NCBI GenBank assembly: GCA_963663025.1
Contig: OY760073.1
Coordinates: 1,833,354-1,897,353, forward strand
Source: Dehalococcoidia bacterium
GTDB lineage: Bacteria; Chloroflexota; Dehalococcoidia; Lucifugimonadales; JAGWBF01
DNA: 64,000 bases
Direction of reading: 5' to 3'
Part shown: piece by piece, positions 58,032 through 64,000 of the stretch
Position numbering within the stretch: position 1 is the first letter of the stretch
How the letters are laid out: each line of letters begins with the position of its first letter
Program-made: the position numbers and the translations under genes
The notes under the pieces: generated by a model
Database searches by the model: none
Told to the model about the DNA's origin: nothing
What the model saw: the letters and a program-made list of their open reading frames with translations, nothing else

Positions 58032-59549
58032 CTACTCCTCTTCGGTAGTGGCAGGCGGGGTGGGTTCGTAGGAGGCAACAGCTCCGTAAGACCCCACCGG
58101 TCCATAGTTCTCGACAGGATCAACGACCCTGTAGTATCCCGCTACCTCCGTGGTGTCATAGGAAGACTCGGTGGACCCATAGGACTGGACCACTTCGTAG
58201 GAGTCAGCGGGGGCTGAGGATTCCTGTGTCTCTGCCAACTCGTAAGAGTTAACCGGCTCCATGATTTCGTAAGAGCTTGCGGGAGCCGCGGGTTCATAAG
58301 ACTCGACAGCCTCAAATGAGCTTACCGTCCCTGTGGTCTCGTAGGCGATTGCAGGCTCGGTGGGTTCGTAGGACTCGGCGGCCTCAAAGGAGCTAACCGG
58401 CGCCACGGACTCATAATCGACTACGGGCTCCGGTATATCGTAGGACTCGACTGAGTCATAAGACCTCACAGCGCCGAAGGCCCAGGAGAAGTCGGTTGGA
58501 GGCTCCGGTTCATCGTCCTCGAAAATGCCTTCGTAACTGCCTTCCGGAACTTCCGCGGCCTCTTCATGGGAAAGCTGGTGCCGCACCTTCAGCAGGTGCC
58601 GGGGAAAGACCTCGTTGAACCTCACAACGTTCTCGAACATCCAGTCCCGTATCTCGTCGAGGCGATGGGGTGGTTCATCGATGGAGCCTCCAGCGCTGAC
58701 GCTTACGCTCCAGTCGCCGTGATCGTCGGTCCCATCCCACGCCAGGTCCATTCCCATCTCTGCTTCGATCTCCAACTGTGACTCCATGAGGATCTCGAGG
58801 TGGGAGTCATCCCAGTTCCCATTTTCGTGCAGCTTCAGGTCCACCGCGACCTCATTGGAGTCGGTGAAGCGCATGTCGCACCACACGTCGGACACCCCGA
58901 GGTCAACAATGCAGTGATAGACCTGCCCGTTCCCGGTCCCCAGGCTCAGACCTGCATCCTCCAGCTTCTGTTTCAGAGGCTCCCAGAACCAGTGATATCT
59001 CTCTTCTTCCTCCCAGGCGCCGGGCTGGTCATCAGCCTCCTCATCTGAGCGAGCGCTGATTTCGATCAGCTCCCCCTCCCACTCCCTGGGAGATGTGACC
59101 ACATGAAAGTAGGGGGCGGGCCGGGAGCCGTCGATTCGCCACAACTCAACGGCGACTCCATAGAACTCGGTGTCCTCGTCCGTGCGCCGGTTGAGCATCT
59201 CCAGGGCCTCTTTGTGCTCGCTCTTGAAGTCCTTTGCGACCCAGATGACCACATCTGCATCGTGGATGGCGGCGCAGGTCAGTATTTCGCCGAAGTGGGA
59301 GTGTTTCGACGGCTCCAGGTGGCTTTGGATAACTACCGGACGGTCATTCCCCACATCCCATGCCGGGATATGCCCTTCGTAGCCGTCTTCCGAGGTCTCG
59401 TCGGACATGGCCTCCAGGTCCAACCCCAGGGCCTCCCCGAGCAATGAGATATGCTCTCCAAGCCATGCTGTGAAATGGTCTCCCTCATGTTCCCAGACTT
59501 CCTTTAGCTCCACCCTCTCCAGTAAACCCAATCCTTGCGAAGTTTCCAC
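58032..59549 (-). CDS. NucS/PD-(D/E)xK-nuclease-like N-domain, DUF4268-like domain and an acidic Tyr/Ser-rich repeat tail
   Basis: N-terminal LKEVWEHEGDHFTAWLGEHISLLGEALG...VIWVAKDFKSEHKEALEMLNRRTDEDTEFYGVAVELWRI. Middle WFWEPLKQKL...DEIRDWMFENVVRFNEVFPRHL. The last roughly 175 aa are (S/A)Y(E/D)-type repeats. Family names are recalled, not searched. Confidence 0.7.
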   Translation of the reverse strand: METSQGLGLLERVELKEVWEHEGDHFTAWLGEHISLLGEALGLDLEAMSDETSEDGYEGHIPAWDVGNDRPVVIQSHLEPSKHSHFGEILTCAAIHDADVVIWVAKDFKSEHKEALEMLNRRTDEDTEFYGVAVELWRIDGSRPAPYFHVVTSPREWEGELIEISARSDEEADDQPGAWEEEERYHWFWEPLKQKLEDAGLSLGTGNGQVYHCIVDLGVSDVWCDMRFTDSNEVAVDLKLHENGNWDDSHLEILMESQLEIEAEMGMDLAWDGTDDHGDWSVSVSAGGSIDEPPHRLDEIRDWMFENVVRFNEVFPRHLLKVRHQLSHEEAAEVPEGSYEGIFEDDEPEPPTDFSWAFGAVRSYDSVESYDIPEPVVDYESVAPVSSFEAAESYEPTEPAIAYETTGTVSSFEAVESYEPAAPASSYEIMEPVNSYELAETQESSAPADSYEVVQSYGSTESSYDTTEVAGYYRVVDPVENYGPVGSYGAVASYEPTPPATTEEE

Positions 59550-59725
59550 AGGCTAACTCCTTTCGATTCCCGGCAAGTCAGTAAATAAACAAGTACGGGT
59601 TAATGGTACATGGAAGCTTGGGAGGGTTCCATGTGAACTCCCGCCGAGATTCGGGCAATTATCGAACTCGACGACAAGCCCGAAGGGGGTTTTGAGAAGG
59701 CATATTAACGGAGGAGGCGCAACAG

Positions 59726-60766
59726 CTATGTTCCGGGGGAGTCAGCCAAGTCTTTCAGAATCGGGCCGAACACCCGCTTGAAGTCCAGGAGATTCTTGAT
59801 CATCCAGTCCCGAGTTTTGTTCAGAGTCTCTGCATCGTCAATGGAACCTGGAGTGTATTTGGCGATTCGGCAAGCTTTCCTCCCGTCCAATTTTTCCCAC
59901 TGCAATGCACCCAGTTTCGATTCTATTTCATCTTTCCTTACCGACAGATTTTCAAATTGACTATTATTCCAGTCTAAGTCATGATTATCTATGTACAACT
60001 CCATCCTCGCCTTTCCCTCTCTTGCGAAGCTGGCGCTATACACAAATCCAGTGCGCCCCGCTGGGAAGATGCAGTGGTTTTTACTCGAAGGCTTATAGGC
60101 CTTAGGTGCTTCGTGTCTCTCGCTTAAGTCGTCAACAAGGGATTTAAAGAATTCTCGGTATCTTTCACCCCGGGATAGTACAGTCGTCACAGAAGCAGTC
60201 CCGCCCTCTGGATCATTAGGAGTAAGTGCGGATTCTGTGCCTTGATCTGTAGGGGCGTTCCAAACTATCGGTTGATTAGCTTGCGTAGGTACTCCAGATG
60301 CAAGGTTTGTTTGCCAGAGCAGAAGCAATTGCAACGCACTCTCGTGGGTAGAGGTATCGGTAATGGACAGACTAAGGATGCTTCGCTGGTCAATCGGGAC
60401 TAGTTTAAGATTGTCGTACACTTCCCATTGGTCGCCATTGCTCAAAGCGGGATACCTGATGCCAAGCTCGCTCGCATAGGCAACAACTTGGGACCGATGA
60501 GCAGATAGATTCTCGTCCAATGACTTTGCTTCGAGAAACACGATGGGAGAACCCTGTTTATTCAGCAGGGCGTAGTCGGCGCGTTTGCCGCTCAGATTGT
60601 ATTCAGGCACAACTAGCGAAGGATCAGTGGTGTCCCATCCCAAGGCTTGCAGCAGTGGATCAATGAGAGCCATGCGCGTACGGGTCTCATTCGCCTTCAA
60701 ATTAGTTCGGTGAGCTTCTATTCGAGTCTTCAGTTGTTCAATCACTTGCATTAGTTCGTTCAGCAA
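59726..60766 (-). CDS. HsdR-N-like PD-(D/E)xK nuclease domain fused to a DUF4268-like domain
   Basis: NETRTRMALIDPLLQALGWD...RADYALL...VFLEAK...SNGDQWEVY is the type I restriction R-subunit N-terminal fold pattern. The C-terminal ...LQWEKLDGRKACRI...DWMIKNLLDFKRVFGPIL parallels the neighbouring gene. GC is visibly lower than in the flanks. Confidence 0.7.
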   Translation of the reverse strand: MLNELMQVIEQLKTRIEAHRTNLKANETRTRMALIDPLLQALGWDTTDPSLVVPEYNLSGKRADYALLNKQGSPIVFLEAKSLDENLSAHRSQVVAYASELGIRYPALSNGDQWEVYDNLKLVPIDQRSILSLSITDTSTHESALQLLLLWQTNLASGVPTQANQPIVWNAPTDQGTESALTPNDPEGGTASVTTVLSRGERYREFFKSLVDDLSERHEAPKAYKPSSKNHCIFPAGRTGFVYSASFAREGKARMELYIDNHDLDWNNSQFENLSVRKDEIESKLGALQWEKLDGRKACRIAKYTPGSIDDAETLNKTRDWMIKNLLDFKRVFGPILKDLADSPGT

Positions 60767-60827
60767 TTTCGCAACCCCCAGGTTGATGCTTTCGATTCTA
60801 ACATAACATTATTGAGCACCCTTTCTC

Positions 60828-61451
60828 TTACTCGCAGGCGGTGAGCAGCGTGTCCATGTAGGGGGCGTCGCACAGGGGCCAGTAGGTGAACCACACCTCG
60901 CCGGCGATGTCGTCTTCCCGTATCGACCCCCAGCTGCGGGAGTCCTGGCTGTCGGTGCGGTTGTCCCCCAGCACAAAGTACTCGTTCTCTCCCACTCTGC
61001 AGTTGGATGAGTGGGGAATGCAGAGCATGTTGCCCACACGTTCGGAAGCACCCACGTAAGGCTCTTCCAGCGCTTCTCCATCAATGAATACTTGCCCATT
61101 ACGAATCTCGACCCGCTCCCCGGGCAGCCCTATGACCCTCTTGACGAAGTTCATCTCCGACCCGCCGGCCCTCTGGAAGACGATGATGTCTCCCCGTTCC
61201 GGCGAGCCTGCAAAGGGCGTGTATCTCAACGCTTCCCGCTGCGAGTCCCAGAAAGGCACCAGGTTGGACAATCTTTCGAGGTCCATTCGCAGGTAGGAGA
61301 GCTTGTTGACCATCAGGTACTGGGCATCTTCCAGTGTCGGCTCCATGCTCTGCCCGTGCACCCGGTAATTCTGGGCGCTGATCTGGATCATGAACAGGAC
61401 GATCAGGGCCAGGACAAGGGCTTCCAGCATTTCTCGAACGACATATTTCAT
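60828..61451 (-). CDS. lepB: Signal peptidase I
   Basis: GQSMEPTL (catalytic Ser), FVKRVIGLPGE (Lys box) and VLGDNRTDSQDSR motifs. ATG at 61451 is preferred over TTG at 61562, because a TATAAT lies within the extension. Confidence 0.85.
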   Translation of the reverse strand: MKYVVREMLEALVLALIVLFMIQISAQNYRVHGQSMEPTLEDAQYLMVNKLSYLRMDLERLSNLVPFWDSQREALRYTPFAGSPERGDIIVFQRAGGSEMNFVKRVIGLPGERVEIRNGQVFIDGEALEEPYVGASERVGNMLCIPHSSNCRVGENEYFVLGDNRTDSQDSRSWGSIREDDIAGEVWFTYWPLCDAPYMDTLLTACE

Positions 61452-61644
61452 CTTTGGGAAGGTCGGGTTCCAAGCTGTGACCAGCAGGATTATAGACCTG
61501 CACGTATCCCTATGCCATTCCGAGGGGGAGAGCTTCACTCTTCCTTGTCCCCCAATCCCCAAGCTGGTACAATCCCATGCACCTGCATAGAACCTCTCGT
61601 TCCCAGCCCAACCTGGTCAGAAAACCTGGGCCATTGAGCCACCC

Positions 61645-62790
61645 ATGAAGATAGCGCTGGTCTCACCTTACGATTTCACATGGCCCGGGGGTGTCACAGC
61701 GCACATCTCCCAACTTGCTCACCAGTTCTCCCACATGGGTCATGAAGTGGAGATACTGGCGCCCCACTCCCCGGCCAGGGACTCCGAGCCCAGCCTCAAC
61801 TTCGTGCCCCTGGGAAGATCGGTCCCCATACCCACCGGCGGGTCCATAGCCCGTCTCTCTCTTTCCCTCTGGCTACACCGCAAGACGAAACGAATCCTTG
61901 AGGAAAAACGTTTCGACCTCGTTCATCTGCACGAACCCCTCATGCCGGTCCTCCCGCTCACGGTCCTCCAGTGCTCCAACACCTTGAACGTGGGCACCTT
62001 CCACGCCTTCTATGGTCGTTTCCGCAACTACGGGTGGTCCCATCGGCTGCTCAAGCGATGGTTCAACAAGCTGGATGGCCTTATCGCTGTGTCCCCTGCA
62101 GCCCACCAGTACGTCAGCCGGTTCTTTCCCGGAAACTACAGGATCATTCCCAACGGCATCGACGTTGACTATTTCGCTACGGCGGGCAGGCCCATCCCAG
62201 AGCTGCAGGATGGCAAGACCAACATCCTGTTCGTGGGACGGCTGGAGAAGCGCAAGGGCCTCAAGTACCTGCTGGAAGCATTCGGGATGCTGAAGTGGGA
62301 GCACCCCAACGTGCGCCTGCTGGTCGTCGGCCCGGGAAACCTGGACAAAGACTGCCATCGAGTGCTGGGGGAGAGGAACCTCCAGGATGTTGTGTTCCTT
62401 GGAGGGGTGCCCTACCAGGACCTTCCCTCCTACTACGCCAGCGCCGACATATGCTGCTCCCCCGCCACCGGCAGGGAGAGCTTTGGCATCGTGCTGCTGG
62501 AGGCCATGGCTGCGGGCCGCCCCATCGTGGCGACCTCCATCGAGGGGTACTCCGGAGTGGTGTCCCAGGGGGAGCAAGGGCTGTTGACGCCCCCCAAGGA
62601 CAGCGCTTCCCTGGCTGCTGCGCTGGGCAGGCTGGTGGCTGACAGCGACCTGCGCGAGCAGATGGGTTCCCGGGGGCGGCAGTCGGTTGAGCAGTACCGC
62701 TGGGAAAAGGTTGCCCGGATGGTCATGGACCACTACGAGAATCTCATGGGAGCCCCTAATGGTTCGGTTGCCGGGCAGAGACCGCTTTAG
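61645..62790 (+). CDS. GT4-family glycosyltransferase (PimA-like mannosyltransferase)
   Basis: MKIALVSPYDF.WPGGV...FVGRLEKRKG...E.FGIVLLEAMAAG (EX7E region). Confidence 0.9.
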   Translation: MKIALVSPYDFTWPGGVTAHISQLAHQFSHMGHEVEILAPHSPARDSEPSLNFVPLGRSVPIPTGGSIARLSLSLWLHRKTKRILEEKRFDLVHLHEPLMPVLPLTVLQCSNTLNVGTFHAFYGRFRNYGWSHRLLKRWFNKLDGLIAVSPAAHQYVSRFFPGNYRIIPNGIDVDYFATAGRPIPELQDGKTNILFVGRLEKRKGLKYLLEAFGMLKWEHPNVRLLVVGPGNLDKDCHRVLGERNLQDVVFLGGVPYQDLPSYYASADICCSPATGRESFGIVLLEAMAAGRPIVATSIEGYSGVVSQGEQGLLTPPKDSASLAAALGRLVADSDLREQMGSRGRQSVEQYRWEKVARMVMDHYENLMGAPNGSVAGQRPL

Positions 62791-63397
62791 GTCGGCCGTA
62801 CTAAGGTACTTCGAGCTGCCGGGGGCCCGCCTGATCCACCGCCTGGGCCTGACTCCCAACATGATCACCCTGGTGGGATTCGGCATCTGCGCGGGGGCGG
62901 CCGCCCTGGTGGCGATGGGGCATGTATGGGTCGGAGGGATAGTGTTCTTGGCAGGGGGTGTCCTGGACCTCTTCGACGGAGGCCTCGCAAGGCTTACTGG
63001 GCAGGCTACCCCCTTCGGCGCGCTTCTGGACTCGGTGATGGACCGCCTGGGCGAAGCCGTCCTGTTCCTGGGCATCGCCGTCTATATCCTGCGGGAGGAG
63101 TTCTCCGAGGAGCGCACCCTCCTGGCCATCGTTGCGGTGATGCTGGCCCTCATTACCTCCCAGATGGTCAGCTATCTGAGGGCCAGGGGAGAATCCCTGG
63201 GTATCGACACCCGGGCGGGACTGATGACAAGGCCGGAACGGGTGGTGCTGCTGTCGGCGGGCCTGATGGCAGGCATTGCCAGCCTGCGCCCCCTGGAGGT
63301 CATCCTGGTCGTCATAGCCGCGGTCTCCTTCATAACCCTTCTCCAGCGCCTGTTTCTCGTTCGGGGTCGAGTGGATAACATCGCTGATCCGTTGTAA
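62759..63397 (+). CDS. CDP-alcohol phosphatidyltransferase (phosphatidylinositol-phosphate synthase-like)
   Basis: DLFDGGLARLTGQATPFGALLDSVMDRLGE matches D(x)2DG(x)2AR...G(x)3D(x)3D. The start is uncertain (62687 or 62759), and the gene overlaps the GT4 gene end. Confidence 0.85.
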   Translation: MVRLPGRDRFRSAVLRYFELPGARLIHRLGLTPNMITLVGFGICAGAAALVAMGHVWVGGIVFLAGGVLDLFDGGLARLTGQATPFGALLDSVMDRLGEAVLFLGIAVYILREEFSEERTLLAIVAVMLALITSQMVSYLRARGESLGIDTRAGLMTRPERVVLLSAGLMAGIASLRPLEVILVVIAAVSFITLLQRLFLVRGRVDNIADPL

Positions 63398-63429
63398 ACT
63401 AGGTCAATCTGTCGCGTAGCGGAGGCCGG

Positions 63430-64000
63430 ATGGCAATCATCCCGGACCGGGACCGGAACGACCTCAAAAGGGACCTCCGGAAGAACCTGAAGAACGAAGT
63501 GACGATCAAGTTCTTCGGCCAGGGGTCCTCCCTTCTTGCCGTGCCCGGCAGGGAGTGCCGCTACTGCCCCCAGACCCAGGATCTCATGGAAGAGATGACC
63601 GGCCTCTCGCCCAAGCTGCACCTGGAGGTGTACAACTTCTACACCGACACCGAAGCGCGGGACAAGCTGGGCGTAGAGCGCATCCCGGCCATCGTTCTGG
63701 GAGACAACGGAAGCTCCCGGCTGAAGTTCTACGGCATCCCCCTCGGCCCAGAGTTGTATGCCCTGGCCGACAGCGTGAAGACCATCTCCCGGGGAGTCAG
63801 CCCTCTGAGCATGGAGTCGCGCAAGAAACTGCGCAAGGTCAAGAAGCCGGTGCATATTCAGGTGTTCGTCACACCAAATTGAGGGTACTGCCCCAGTGTG
63901 GCCAGGCTGGCCCACGCAATCGCCCTGGAAAACCCGAACATCACAGCCGACGTTATCGAGGTGGAGGAGTTCCCTAACCTGGCGCAACGATACATGGTGC
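63430..64000 (+). CDS. Two-domain thioredoxin-fold protein disulfide oxidoreductase (archaeal PDO/glutaredoxin-like), candidate selenoprotein with in-frame UGA at 63880-63882; 3' end is partial
   Basis: The first domain has CRYC. The second reads VFVTPN-TGA-GYCPSVARLAHAIALENPNITADVIEVEEFPNLAQRYMV in the same frame, so the TGA replaces the first Cys of the VFVTPTCPYCP-type motif. A hairpin lies 13 nt downstream. Confidence 0.6.

Noticed and set aside
61873-63075. A 400-aa minus-strand ORF across the GT4 and phosphatidyltransferase genes
   Set aside because: It is antisense to two genes with clear family motifs and has an Arg/Pro/Gly-rich translation.

Overview
High-GC (about 60-65% by eye) bacterial window. 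Lipoproteins with Pro/Thr-rich linkers, frequent GTG/TTG starts, F420/LLM-type enzymes and eukaryote-like repeat proteins fit a host-associated Chloroflexota-like organism such as a sponge symbiont; this placement is tentative. All family calls come from motif reading, with no database search. Layout: (1) 0-8 kb holds small accessory genes separated by hairpin REP clusters. (2) 6.6-18.9 kb is a minus-strand operon with a 3388-aa type I PKS (KS-AT-DH-cMT-ER-KR-ACP-KS-truncated AT), a discrete ACP, an Sfp-type PPTase and an alpha/beta hydrolase. (3) 19-24 kb holds a triple Cache-like lipoprotein, a frameshifted cytochrome c, and hsp20/hspR/HtrA-like genes. (4) 24-44.7 kb holds an ankyrin lipoprotein and a roughly 9.5-kb tandem segmental duplication. 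Each copy carries a giant FN3/cadherin surface protein (2585 and 2398 aa) behind a roughly 2-kb leader. (5) 44.7-48.9 kb holds MarR, a methyltransferase, a dual-specificity phosphatase fused tightly to tRNA-Ala, and a third REP array. (6) 48.9-64 kb is mostly core (serS, lysS, greA, rsmD, coaD, dnaJ, lepB, GT4, CDP-alcohol phosphatidyltransferase), interrupted by a lower-GC pair of nuclease-like/DUF4268-like genes. It ends in a thioredoxin-fold gene with an in-frame TGA exactly where a CxxC cysteine belongs. The most unusual signal is the adhesin leader: conserved promoter, GTG, a 40-nt invariant block, a poly-C tract (C18 vs C23), then 6-7 composite REP units. All unit lengths are multiples of 3, and they keep a single frame open up to the adhesin start. 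This suggests a homopolymer-switched translated leader or REP-derived ORF.
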